From NCBI GenBank assembly GCA_046497275.1, contig JAWOFX010000186.1, positions 7,273-39,272 of the forward strand: a stretch of DNA of 32,000 nucleotides, given 5' to 3'. Position 1 is the stretch's first letter. Each line of letters starts with the position of its first letter. Positions 7,872 to 17,988 of the stretch are shown one piece after another. Both the position numbers and the translations under genes were made by a program. The DNA comes from Promethearchaeia archaeon. Lineage in GTDB: Archaea; Asgardarchaeota; Lokiarchaeia; Sigyniarchaeales; SOKP01. Below the pieces are notes generated by a model that saw only the letters and a program-made list of their open reading frames with translations, was not told the DNA's origin and ran no database searches.

Positions 7872-8025
7872 TTATTTCTATTAATTTAATTAAATCCTTA
7901 ATAATTTGTTGACGTGTTTTCCCTTTTTTAAGTAATTTTTGAAAATTCTCTACTTTTTTAAAAGCTCTCTCTATATCAGAAGGGGAAAGAATCATTGGCG
8001 CTCGTTCTTTTTTATTTTTAGACAT
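7855..8025 (-). CDS. 56-aa basic protein overlapping the nucleotidyltransferase start (putative antitoxin/partner)
   Basis: Below ORF-track cutoff. MSKNKKERAPMILSPSDIERAFKKVENFQKLLKKGKTRQQIIKDLIKLIEINDESN*. Its 3' end overlaps the downstream start by 17 nt, and a TATA-like AATATAAA lies about 30 nt upstream. Confidence 0.65.
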   Translation of the reverse strand: MSKNKKERAPMILSPSDIERAFKKVENFQKLLKKGKTRQQIIKDLIKLIEINDESN

Positions 8026-8260
8026 ATTAAATCGAATTTTCTCTTGAAACTTTTATATTGAATTATTTTTCTATTTAAAAAAATTCTTGAAATAAATATA
8101 ATTTTATCCATATTAAAGAATTTCTTTAATTAACATATCTTTTCCTTGATATAATAAATTAAAGACCATCCAAATTTTATGTCTTTTATGTATTTTTTCC
8201 TTTTGGATAAATTTTAAATAATATTTTATAAAAAAAAATCTAAATAAGCAAGACATCATT

Positions 8261-8671
8261 TTAAGATGTTAATTTTTTCATCACTTTTTCTAATTCCTCA
8301 TCACTCGCTTGCTTTTTAGGAATATTTAGTGAAATTTTTCTATCTCTTCTATTTCGAGGGATAATATGTACGTGAGAATGTTCTACCATTTGCCCAGCGG
8401 CCCTAAAATTATTCTGTATAATGTTATATCCATCAATATCTAATTTATCATGGATTAAGGATGCCACTTTTTTAACGGTTTTAAATAGATTAGAGACTTC
8501 TTCATCTGGAAGGCTTTCTATGGTTGAATAGTGCTTTTGGGGAATCACTATTGTATGGCCTTGCGATATTGGATTAATATCAAGGAACGCCATATTCGTA
8601 TCATTCTCAAATACAATTTTTGATGGAATTTGACCATTTACTATCTTACAAAAAATGCAATCTTCATTCAA
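8261..8671 (-). CDS. hit: HIT (Hint-type) nucleotide hydrolase
   Basis: N-terminal DCIFCKIV, AFLDINPISQGHTIVIPQKH and histidine triad GQMVEHSHVHIIPR. TTG start. Confidence 0.93.
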   Translation of the reverse strand: MNEDCIFCKIVNGQIPSKIVFENDTNMAFLDINPISQGHTIVIPQKHYSTIESLPDEEVSNLFKTVKKVASLIHDKLDIDGYNIIQNNFRAAGQMVEHSHVHIIPRNRRDRKISLNIPKKQASDEELEKVMKKLTS

Positions 8672-8849
8672 TTCTATTCTTCTCTTTTCATTGAGTAATT
8701 GATTATTTTTGAAAATGTCTCGTAGATTAATAAGTTTTAAGCTTTAAATTTAAATAATAAAATCTCCTTAAATTTAGATACGGGTAGAAGCGATCCTCGT
8801 TTTTCAACTCTTAAAAAAATAAAAATTAAATAATTAGGAGTTTTCAATT

Positions 8850-9770
8850 ATGAATGAATCTAGACTACAGAATTCTAAAACCAGAGAAATAGAAAATAAT
8901 GACAATATTTATCGAGAAGAAAAATGTTGCGAAGATCCAAGGATTGAAAAGGTTCGTGGGGAGGAAGTATGTGTGAATTGTGGCACGGTACATCAAAGAG
9001 ATATTGTTGGATTAAAACAGAGAGCATTTACTTCTGAAGAGGTGGAGAAACGAAGAATAACTGAACCTCGCTGGAGACAATTTGGACCCAGAACTACGAT
9101 TCCTTCTGCTAAAAAAGAGGATAAAATGAGCCCTCAACAAAAATCCCTCTTTTCTCGTTTATCAAAAATTCAAAAATCCTTAATCTCAAGTATTGAGCGC
9201 AATTTCTGGGAAGCACGACCCAAACTTACCATGCTAACCTCAATGTTAAATATTCCTAAATATATAGAGGAAACTGCTTGGAAAATATATACTGAAGCAG
9301 CAAAAAAGAAATTGACTTTAGGAAGAACCATAGATGGATTTGTCGCGGCATCTTTATATGCTGCAATTAGAGTACATGAATATCCACGTATTCTTGATGA
9401 GATATGCGATGCACTTATGATTTCGCGACATAAAGTTATTAAATCACTTGGATTGATATTGAAAAAAATTTTACCTGAATTAGGGTTACGTTATCATCCA
9501 ATAACCCCAAAAAAACTAATTTATCGGTTTGGGAGTGAAGCTGAACTGTCATTAAAAACTCAGAAACAAGCATACAACTTACTTTCAACAACATTTCAAT
9601 CTGGATTACTGATAACTGGAAAGGATCCCCGTGGATTCGCTGCGGCAGCACTCTATATGGCAGCACAATCTGCTTCCGAACAAATTACTCAAAAAAAAAT
9701 GGCGGATATCGCTGGAATCACTGAAGTTACACTTAGAAATAGACTAAAAGATATGCGTAAACATTTATGA
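8850..9770 (+). CDS. tfb: Transcription initiation factor IIB (TFB) paralog
   Basis: Zn ribbon CC...CVNCG, TEPRW..GPRT linker, two cyclin folds (LGRTIDGFVAASLYAAIR; GKDPRGFAAAALY) and C-terminal GITEVTLRNR helix-turn-helix. Confidence 0.93.
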   Translation: MNESRLQNSKTREIENNDNIYREEKCCEDPRIEKVRGEEVCVNCGTVHQRDIVGLKQRAFTSEEVEKRRITEPRWRQFGPRTTIPSAKKEDKMSPQQKSLFSRLSKIQKSLISSIERNFWEARPKLTMLTSMLNIPKYIEETAWKIYTEAAKKKLTLGRTIDGFVAASLYAAIRVHEYPRILDEICDALMISRHKVIKSLGLILKKILPELGLRYHPITPKKLIYRFGSEAELSLKTQKQAYNLLSTTFQSGLLITGKDPRGFAAAALYMAAQSASEQITQKKMADIAGITEVTLRNRLKDMRKHL

Positions 9771-9963
9771 AATATTTACTCTTTTTTTGAACTTTAATTT
9801 TTCATTCTACTCAACACTGAGAATTAAAAGGCTCTTTTAATTCTTTCCTATGAAAAAGAACTATAACTTCAAGAAAGGAAAGGTTTTTTAATTTTTCTAT
9901 TCTATAATTCTTTAACATCTATTTAGAAAATTAATTAGTAATAAATAATAAAGAAGTGATTAT

Positions 9964-10224
9964 ATGGCTAAGAGTAAGGGTGTCGTAAAGTGGTTCAACA
10001 GTAAGAAGGGCTACGGCTTTATCACACCTGATGATGGCGGAGACGATATATTTGTACACTACTCGGGAATTGCTGGCGATGAAAATAGTTTTAAGGCAAT
10101 TTATGAAGGTGACAAAGTTGAATATGAGGTCACTGAAGGCAAGAAAGGTCCACAAGCTACAGAAGTAGAAGTAACCGAGAAAGCTCCCCGAAATAATTAT
10201 AATAAAAGAGGCTCCTTCTATTAA
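9964..10224 (+). CDS. cspA: Cold-shock domain protein (CspA family)
   Basis: [16 protein letters not shown] (RNP1), DIFVHYSGI (RNP2) and GKKGPQA. Confidence 0.95.
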   Translation: MAKSKGVVKWFNSKKGYGFITPDDGGDDIFVHYSGIAGDENSFKAIYEGDKVEYEVTEGKKGPQATEVEVTEKAPRNNYNKRGSFY

Positions 10225-10728
10225 AAAAAGTGTTAAATTTTAATTAATAAATTAGAATTTCAATAAATTATAAATTAGAGATTTAAAGATATACACGTTT
10301 CAAGAAATAAACGGGTTTCCCATCTTTTTCTCGCTTTTTTCTTTTATAATATAATCCACTAGATTTACCAATCTTCTTTTGCAGGTATCCCAATCGCACT
10401 TCCTTTCCAGTAAAGACATCCATTTATGTCTCTATACTCACTCTTATTGAATTGCGAATTTATCCACTTTCCTTAAATTTACAATCCATTCATTTCCAAA
10501 GTTCTTAAATATCAATCTCTCAAATTGAAACGTAAGCTCTATTTAAGTGGTTTCTGAACCTACTATGATGATTGAATTTCAAAATTAGCAATAAAATCAT
10601 ATTTTATGTACATTAATGTAAAAAATCTCAGTTAATTACAGAAAATAAACATTTAATTTACCATACGTTTAAGATAGATCTAAATATTTTTATAAACAAA
10701 AAAAATAATAATTAAAAATTGTGTTAAA

Positions 10729-13278
10729 ATGAACCTAAAAATAAAAAAACCAATTGTGTTATATCTAACGCTGTCGATTATGCTTATATTTTCAATAAAT
10801 AGCCTGTTTTTACTTATCGACATTGAAGATAATAATAGCACACAGAACAATGATAATTTCAACTTAGAAACTTCACAGACGTGGAATTTAGATCCATTCA
10901 TTATTTCTCAAACGGGAGGGGGCAATGGAACGTGGGATTGGGCGGTTAGTCAAGAGTGGTGTGATGGGTCTGGAACTCAAAATGATCCTTATGTTATTGA
11001 AAAGGTTGTGATTGATGGTGGAGGTGGAATCGGTACAAGCGGTATTACTATTATTGATTCAAATGAATATTTTATCATCCAAAATACTACAATAACCAAT
11101 ACAGGCCTATTATCTGAAGATGCGGGAATAAAACTATTAAATACCACTAATGGGGTAATAAAAAACAATAATTTATCCTACAATCTTGGAAACGGGATTT
11201 ATTTGAACAATTCAGATCATAATGAAATTATAACCAATGAGATCCATAATAATGACCGTAATGGCATATATTTCTATCATTATAATGATTATAATCTTAT
11301 TAGTGAAAATTCGCTATATTCAAATGGATTAGCTGGGTTTTATCATGGGATTTATTTGGAGCGTCATTCCAAATATAACATAATAAGCAAGAATAAAGTC
11401 ATTGATACGGGAGGTTATGGAATTCGAATTTATATTGATTGCGGTAATACGACTGTTATTGAAAATGAAGTGAAAAATTCACAATCAGGAATTTTGATAA
11501 ATGAGGATGATTGTATAGTTACTAAAAATATTATTTTAAATAATTCAGAATATGGTTTATTAATTACACTTTCAATGGGTTCTCATTCATCAGTAACAGA
11601 TAATTATTTTGAACATAACGGGTTTACATCAAACGGAAATGCAATATACGCAATAGGATCTAACTTTTTAACCATAATAAATAATACTCTTATAGATAAT
11701 TATCGCGGTATATACCTAAAAAATTGCCAAAATAATATTCTTTCTAACAATCAAATTTCAGATACATTAGATTATGCAATTAATATTATCGACACTTTTG
11801 GCGATGAACCTGAAAACGACATAATAAAAAACAATTATATTTTTAAATGTGGAAATGGAATCAAATTGGAAAAGTGGGCTAATAATATCGAGATAATAAA
11901 CAATACAATTATCAAACAGAGAGGATATGGTATCAGTATTGACAGGTATTGCAAGAATAATATAGTGAAAAACAATTACTTACTCAATAATGGCAGGGGA
12001 ATACTAATTGGAGATGAATCAAATTATAATAATATCACGAAAAATATTATTCAAGGCTCTGAATATGAGGGCTTAGAAATATACCCAACTGCAATTAATA
12101 CTACGGTATATCAAAACTATTTTGTTTTTAATGATATCCAAGTTTTAAATTATGCGGGCTCAACCATGTGGAATTATACAACTTTAGGTAATTATTGGTC
12201 AAATTATACAGGATATGATTTAGATGATGATGGTATAGGAGATATTCCTCATCCAATCATTAGCGTTGCAAATGGAATGGATTATTACCCTATTTTCAAA
12301 AAGATTACCCCAATATTCATTGATGATTATACAGATTATGATTGGGAATGGGCAGCTCAGCAATTTTGGGTAAACGGTTCAGGTACTGAAGAAGATCCTT
12401 ATATTATTCAAAATAAAATAATTGATAAACAATGGCAGGCAGCTTGCATTGAGATTAGAAATTCTGAAAAACATTTCATTATCTCTGATTGTACCCTAAA
12501 CACTAATGATGCGATTTTTCCGGGAATTACTTTATATAACGTTAAAAATGGAGAGATCAAGAATAACTCTATCACCACCAGCCATACGGGACTTGAGATA
12601 TATGGAAGTAGTGAGGTAAATATTTCACGAAATCACATTAATTATAATTATATCGGTATAGATTTAGCTCATAGTGAAAAGATAAATGTTTCAAACAATA
12701 ATATTGATCATAACAATATTGGACTCAGTATCCACCAAAGTAATAACAATTTATTCCAGGAAAATTCTCTATTAAACACAGATTCTTGCATTATTGAATA
12801 TGAATCTGAGAATAATACATTTGACGGTAATATTTGTGATCCGCCACCTTTACAGAAGCTTTATATGACTATGACCGATCAACTTTTCACTGTGGATGAG
12901 TTTACCATCACTTTCTTCATTTCTAATGCGACCTATCATGGAGTTGAAGAGGTTTCAATAACCGCGTATTGGAATGGTACTGATGTTTCGGCAAATATAA
13001 CCGAGCTCGGGAGTGGGTATTATATGATTTCACTCGATCCTATTTTTATAGCTCCTGGAGAATCTGGAATCGATTTTGAAGCCTCACTCTCAAAAAATGG
13101 TTTTGAAGAGCTTTCTTACTCTTCCGAATTTTCAATTGACCCAGAGGCTCTCCAAAAGGATGAAACGCCTTCTACACCCGGTGGAGCAATTCCTTGGTCG
13201 ACTCCAGCTATTTTAACCTCAACGCTCATCGCGATTATTGGGCTACTACTATTTCTTCGCAAAAAACAATTTAACTAA
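10729..13278 (+). CDS. Cell-surface right-handed beta-helix (NosD/pectin-lyase-like) repeat protein with N-terminal signal and C-terminal membrane anchor
   Basis: Asn/Ile-rich repeats (NNxIxxNxxGIxL), GNYWSNYTG.D.DDDGIGDIP motif, duplicated W.WA.....W..GSGT..DPY.I module, and C-terminal GAIP...hydrophobic helix-RKK. Confidence 0.88.
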   Translation: MNLKIKKPIVLYLTLSIMLIFSINSLFLLIDIEDNNSTQNNDNFNLETSQTWNLDPFIISQTGGGNGTWDWAVSQEWCDGSGTQNDPYVIEKVVIDGGGGIGTSGITIIDSNEYFIIQNTTITNTGLLSEDAGIKLLNTTNGVIKNNNLSYNLGNGIYLNNSDHNEIITNEIHNNDRNGIYFYHYNDYNLISENSLYSNGLAGFYHGIYLERHSKYNIISKNKVIDTGGYGIRIYIDCGNTTVIENEVKNSQSGILINEDDCIVTKNIILNNSEYGLLITLSMGSHSSVTDNYFEHNGFTSNGNAIYAIGSNFLTIINNTLIDNYRGIYLKNCQNNILSNNQISDTLDYAINIIDTFGDEPENDIIKNNYIFKCGNGIKLEKWANNIEIINNTIIKQRGYGISIDRYCKNNIVKNNYLLNNGRGILIGDESNYNNITKNIIQGSEYEGLEIYPTAINTTVYQNYFVFNDIQVLNYAGSTMWNYTTLGNYWSNYTGYDLDDDGIGDIPHPIISVANGMDYYPIFKKITPIFIDDYTDYDWEWAAQQFWVNGSGTEEDPYIIQNKIIDKQWQAACIEIRNSEKHFIISDCTLNTNDAIFPGITLYNVKNGEIKNNSITTSHTGLEIYGSSEVNISRNHINYNYIGIDLAHSEKINVSNNNIDHNNIGLSIHQSNNNLFQENSLLNTDSCIIEYESENNTFDGNICDPPPLQKLYMTMTDQLFTVDEFTITFFISNATYHGVEEVSITAYWNGTDVSANITELGSGYYMISLDPIFIAPGESGIDFEASLSKNGFEELSYSSEFSIDPEALQKDETPSTPGGAIPWSTPAILTSTLIAIIGLLLFLRKKQFN

Positions 13279-13510
13279 TTCTATTTTTTTTTATTAAATA
13301 AAATTGATAAAAATAGGTATCCTTTGATATAAACATCAAATTATATCTCTCTAAATTTTAATCAGAAAGAAATTAGAATAGTAGGAAATAAAAATAATAA
13401 TTAATACAAATAAGTTTTAAAAAAAAGATGAAAAAATAAAAGGAATTAAAATTGTTTAATGGCAATATGCTTCAAATTTGAAGTAAATCGGATTTCTTTT
13501 GAACGGAACT

Positions 13511-13518
13511 TTTATATA
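13511..13518 (+). promoter_or_regulatory. Putative TATA box for the 13576 gene
   Basis: TTTATATA preceded by purine-rich GAACGGAAC, about 58 nt upstream of the ATG. The AT-rich background limits certainty. Confidence 0.35.
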
Positions 13519-13575
13519 TAAACCTATAATCTTTTTCCTTGAAATTCAATTAAGAATAAAAATTCACTGATTACT

Positions 13576-14085
13576 ATGGCAAATGGAAAAGAATTAGCTG
13601 TTGCAGGCTTAATTCTAGGATTAATTGGAGCAGGCTTAGGAGGATATGTATTCTTCGACAATATCTTAGCGCCTGAATTGGACAATGGAGACACAACCTC
13701 TGAGATAAAAACTTATTATGTCGAAGATCATGGCAGTGCAATATCTGTAGAATGGACCATAACCCCTCTTTCTGGAATGAATATTACTTTCACGACGAAT
13801 CAAACTATGAAACTGCATGCTTTATTTACTTGCTACTTGATCTATGACACTTCAGAAGCTGATATTACGAAAATTTATTTATATCTTAATGAATTTTCTA
13901 TGACTCCCTCTCCTTATTTTATAGATGATTTTGATTATGCCAGTTCTGAACGATATTACGTGAGTATGCAAGCATATAATAATTCTCTCCCACCAGGAAC
14001 GTATAGTATAACTGTTAGAGGAAAGGTTGATGACATCTCGACTGTTTTTGCTATACCCTCTTTATTCGCAGAAGTATATAATTAA
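13576..14085 (+). CDS. Membrane-anchored beta-rich hypothetical protein
   Basis: N-terminal helix LAVAGLILGLIGAGLGGYVFF followed by a beta-strand-like soluble domain. Confidence 0.75.
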   Translation: MANGKELAVAGLILGLIGAGLGGYVFFDNILAPELDNGDTTSEIKTYYVEDHGSAISVEWTITPLSGMNITFTTNQTMKLHALFTCYLIYDTSEADITKIYLYLNEFSMTPSPYFIDDFDYASSERYYVSMQAYNNSLPPGTYSITVRGKVDDISTVFAIPSLFAEVYN

Positions 14086-14227
14086 AAAATCATAATTAAT
14101 TCCATTTTTTTTATTTTAATTGAACATAATTCCATAATGAAAGAATAAACACATTAAAAACAAGGTATATTAAAAATAAAAAATCTAAAAAAAAATTAAA
14201 AAGATAAGTAAAAAGAATTAAACAGAA

Positions 14228-14791
14228 TTAGCTTTCATATTCTTCAAGTTGCTCGGAAAAGAGACGCTTAACTGCCTCAATCCTGGTTTCCTCTCCAATT
14301 TGTTCAACATTCTTGAGTGATATGGCTTCTTTTGGACACACAGCGATACATTGTGGCTCAGGCTCTCCTACTTCAGGATCTATGAACTCTTCTCGCATAT
14401 TTTCACATAAATCACACACAAGTGCTTTCTGTGTATTTATATTAAGTGAAATAACACCGAAATCGCATGCTCTTATACAGAATCCGCACCCATTGCATTT
14501 ATCCTCATCCACAATTATGCTTCCTGTGGCATCATCTTGCTCTAGTGCTTTTTCGGGGCAACTTCGAACACATGGTGAATCTTCACATTTTTGACACGCT
14601 AATGCGATATTGAACACCGGTTCGATACGTACTCTATGAATTCTAGTATTGATAGGGTTAAAAGTCCCTTCATGAACAAAAGAGCATACACTTTCACAAG
14701 TTTCGCAACCAGTACAGAGATCTGGATCAACCATTATGAATTGATGCATCCTTCCGCCTCTTTTTTTAGTCTTGGATCTTGCAGTAGCCAT
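14228..14791 (-). CDS. 4Fe-4S polyferredoxin (AOR-associated electron-transfer subunit)
   Basis: CTGCETCESVC, CQKCEDSPCVRSCP, CNGCGFCIRAC and CDLC...CIAVCP. Starts 3 nt after the AOR stop; the true start may be the internal MHQF ATG. Confidence 0.9.
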   Translation of the reverse strand: MATARSKTKKRGGRMHQFIMVDPDLCTGCETCESVCSFVHEGTFNPINTRIHRVRIEPVFNIALACQKCEDSPCVRSCPEKALEQDDATGSIIVDEDKCNGCGFCIRACDFGVISLNINTQKALVCDLCENMREEFIDPEVGEPEPQCIAVCPKEAISLKNVEQIGEETRIEAVKRLFSEQLEEYES

Positions 14792-14794
14792 TGG

Positions 14795-16741
14795 TTATTT
14801 TTTCCCCCCTTTTTTCTTTGGTGGTTCTAAATTTCCAATAACAAAATCCAAACCCAAACTTTTGAGAGTTTCTTCAGTAGGAATACCTGTTTCTGTATCC
14901 CATCCTCGAGCTTCATAATACCCACTCAATAATTTTTGATATCCTTTTTCCTCTAGGGTTACTCCTTTAGCAGGTCCTTTAGTATGTGCTTCTTTGAAGA
15001 ATCGCTCAGGAGGATGGTCATCTGCTCTTGTCCATCCTTCACGGATATTAAAGCACTTCGATAAGGTTACTATTGCATTTCCTCGTTCTTTCATAGAATC
15101 TCCAGTATGAGGGATGCCAGTTACTAATTCATAGACTTTCGCCATCTCATCATCATCCTCATAGACTCCACGAGTGAATTTACAAATAATATAGGAATCA
15201 ATAACGGCATAGATATCCTCTACATCAATTATTGCGTTTCCTCGTTCAACGGGTTTATCATAGGCAAACCTATCAAACTTTCCTTTAGCATCAAGTCCAT
15301 AAGCTCCATTTCGTAAGTGGCACGCTCCGCGAATTGAAACACTCTCTCCCACGGCAAAAGAAGTCATGCCATGAAGATCGAATGCAGGCATTTCCAATCC
15401 TTTAATATTCATTGCATGAAAACTAGCATTTTCGCGTCCCATTTCTTCTAAACGTTTTCCTGCCATTAAAGTTCCATCACCAAAAACTTCCCCAGCAAAA
15501 CCCTCTCCTCGTATCATCTCTTCGGTAAATCGGACTAGATTTTTTGTAGAGCCAAATGGTAATTCATATCCCAAGTCTTTTTTAGTGATAATTCCCTCTT
15601 CAAATAAATCACACGCCATAGCCGCAGTAACGCCACCTGATATTCCATCAATGCCTAAATCATCACATAATTCAATACATTTAAACACAGTAGGCCAATC
15701 AGCATTACCACAAGCTGTACCAAAAGAATATAAAAGTTCTATATCTGTACTTGCAACTAAATTTGGATAATCAGGATGGTTTTTTGATACTCTTGCTAAA
15801 TGATCGCAAGCAACGGAGCATTGAGAACATGCTACTTTCTTTACGACCCAATCTTCATTAAGAGTTTCTCCTGTATACTCACCATTCGTTATTTTTTCCC
15901 AAGTGCCCTCCTTATAATTATACGTGGGCATCATTCCAAGTTTATTATAACTCGTAAGTCCAGCTGGGGTTCCTAAATCTCGATATTTCGAAGTTGCAGG
16001 TCCGTTAGCAACTTTAATTAGTTTTTTAGCTAATTGATAAAATTCTTTAGGTTTTGCTACAGAAATAGGTTTCGTGCCTCTAAAGGCAATAGCTTTTAGG
16101 TTTTTGGAGCCCATTACCGTTCCCATACCAGTTCTACCCGCCTGACGATTTCGATCATTAGTGATACATCCCAATCGACTCATCCTCTCTCCACCGGGAC
16201 CGATTGCCATCACAGCTAATCTTTGATCTTGAAATTCTTCTCTTAGTATTTCTTCTGTATCCCAACATCCCTTGCCCCACAATAAATCTTCGCACGACAT
16301 GCTATATCTATCATCATCATCCACAACAAATACAACCGGTTCTGGTGCTTTACCCTTAAAAACTATCATATTAACACCAGCACGTCTTGCTTGGGCACCA
16401 ACTGATCCCGAGGAAATAGACATACCGAACATATTTGTTAGAGGTGATTTTGCAAACACACCATATTTTGAACTTGTTGGTAAAATGGTTCCCGGAAATG
16501 GACCTATTGCCCAAACGAAAATATTATCAGGACTTAAAGGATCAATACCTGGTTCTAATTCATCCCATAATACTTTTGCTCCAAAACCATAACCACCTAT
16601 CCAGTTTGCGAGAAAATCATTTGATAATTTAGTTTCTGTTATCTTTCCCGTAGTTAAGTCGACATCGAGTCTTGTCTGCGTGTAACCCTTTACTTCATCT
16701 GGAATTGTTAAATTTTTTGCTTCGGTCATTTCTATATTCAC
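14795..16741 (-). CDS. aor: Tungsten-dependent aldehyde:ferredoxin oxidoreductase family protein
   Basis: IGGYGFG, KSPLT, IGPGGE, AGRTGMGTVMGSKNLKAI, CSQCSVAC, CDDLGIDGIS, GACH, CKF and YYEARGWD..TGIP motifs. Confidence 0.93.
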   Translation of the reverse strand: MNIEMTEAKNLTIPDEVKGYTQTRLDVDLTTGKITETKLSNDFLANWIGGYGFGAKVLWDELEPGIDPLSPDNIFVWAIGPFPGTILPTSSKYGVFAKSPLTNMFGMSISSGSVGAQARRAGVNMIVFKGKAPEPVVFVVDDDDRYSMSCEDLLWGKGCWDTEEILREEFQDQRLAVMAIGPGGERMSRLGCITNDRNRQAGRTGMGTVMGSKNLKAIAFRGTKPISVAKPKEFYQLAKKLIKVANGPATSKYRDLGTPAGLTSYNKLGMMPTYNYKEGTWEKITNGEYTGETLNEDWVVKKVACSQCSVACDHLARVSKNHPDYPNLVASTDIELLYSFGTACGNADWPTVFKCIELCDDLGIDGISGGVTAAMACDLFEEGIITKKDLGYELPFGSTKNLVRFTEEMIRGEGFAGEVFGDGTLMAGKRLEEMGRENASFHAMNIKGLEMPAFDLHGMTSFAVGESVSIRGACHLRNGAYGLDAKGKFDRFAYDKPVERGNAIIDVEDIYAVIDSYIICKFTRGVYEDDDEMAKVYELVTGIPHTGDSMKERGNAIVTLSKCFNIREGWTRADDHPPERFFKEAHTKGPAKGVTLEEKGYQKLLSGYYEARGWDTETGIPTEETLKSLGLDFVIGNLEPPKKKGGKK

Positions 16742-17239
16742 ACTTAATTATTGGTTCTAGTTTATTAAAATATTTATCTCAATTCATATAAGAGAATTGA
16801 ACTTTATTAGTTTGATTATTAACTCATATAACTCTATGAACGATATATAACGTAATTTCCGTCTCTTATATTGTTTTAATCTTCAATTGATTTATATTTT
16901 TTTTATGATATTAGGATATAATTTAAAATTAGTATTTAAAATTAGTATATGGAAGAGCTTGAAGATCGATATGTATATTCATCCATTTCAGAGAAAGTCA
17001 TATTTCCTCAAAGCAGAATTAATGATTTATAATTTTAATATGAATCTCTGATTCTGATCATAAAGAAAATAGAATTATTTATATTTCTGATTGATCAATA
17101 TATATACTAAAAGTTTTCGAAATCCGAAATTATTCAAAAAAATCTTATCAATTCCAAAATATAATGACAGAGATTCGATAAGATTTCATTCACTTTTAAT
17201 ATTTAATTTTTAAAAAAATAAATAAAGTAGAAATTAGGA

Positions 17240-17923
17240 ATGAATTTAAAATCAGATATAGATTTTAAGGAATATTTGAAACCAACAAATTATTGTGATC
17301 ATAATAATAAAAAGATCATCGCAAAAGTAAATGAACTTAATAAAAATGATGATTCTCCTAAGGAAAAGGCTCTAAGTATTTTTTATTTTGTAAGAGATAA
17401 GGTAAAATTCATGTTGAATGATTTTATTAAAGCTTCTGAAGTACTTAAGAGAGGAAATGGAGATTGTGGTGGGAAATCTAATCTTCAAGTTGCTCTACTC
17501 AGGGCAGCGAGTATTCCAGCTCGGTTCCATATTTTTTCTTTAACTAAAGAGAGTCTTAAAGGTGTGGTGCCGAATACTATTTATAAAATAATGCCTCTTT
17601 TGATAGAAAATCATCCTTGCTGTGAATGTTATCTTTCCGAAAATTGGATAGCGTGTGACACTTTATTTGATAAATCTCTTATGCAGGGATTTTTAAAAAA
17701 GGAAATTTACACCAAAGAGCAAATTCCAATGATTGATTGGGATGGTGAAAATGATTTGAATACTATGGTTCCGTGGATTATTAAGGATAAAGGTATATAT
17801 CCCTCTCTTGATGAGATAATTGATAAAGCAGAAACGCAATCCCAAGATATGCCCGAAGATCTTAAGAATATGTTAACTCAAAAATTAACTAAGCATTTAG
17901 AGAAATTACGAAATCTTAGATAA
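17240..17923 (+). CDS. Transglutaminase-like (papain-fold) protein
   Basis: GDCGGKSNLQVALLRAASIPAR (catalytic Cys), H(PCCE) and W(IAC)D catalytic triad pattern. Confidence 0.88.
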   Translation: MNLKSDIDFKEYLKPTNYCDHNNKKIIAKVNELNKNDDSPKEKALSIFYFVRDKVKFMLNDFIKASEVLKRGNGDCGGKSNLQVALLRAASIPARFHIFSLTKESLKGVVPNTIYKIMPLLIENHPCCECYLSENWIACDTLFDKSLMQGFLKKEIYTKEQIPMIDWDGENDLNTMVPWIIKDKGIYPSLDEIIDKAETQSQDMPEDLKNMLTQKLTKHLEKLRNLR

Positions 17924-17988
17924 AACAAGTACTCTATTAATTCATCTATAGCAAATTTTTACTATATAATTTACTAGCCTTTAAAGTT

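Noticed and set aside
10290-10600. Protein-like fragments on the minus strand (e.g. KWINSQFNKSEYRDIKWMSLLERKCDWDTCKRRLVNL...)
   Set aside because: Several stops and frame changes, no start and no recognisable family; it may be a decayed gene but cannot be supported.
14750-14830. Basic stretches (AOR C-terminal PPKKKGGKK; ferredoxin N-terminal RSKTKKRGGR) resembling nuclear localisation signals
   Set aside because: Lys-rich termini are expected in an A-rich genome, and the ferredoxin extension may lie upstream of the true start.
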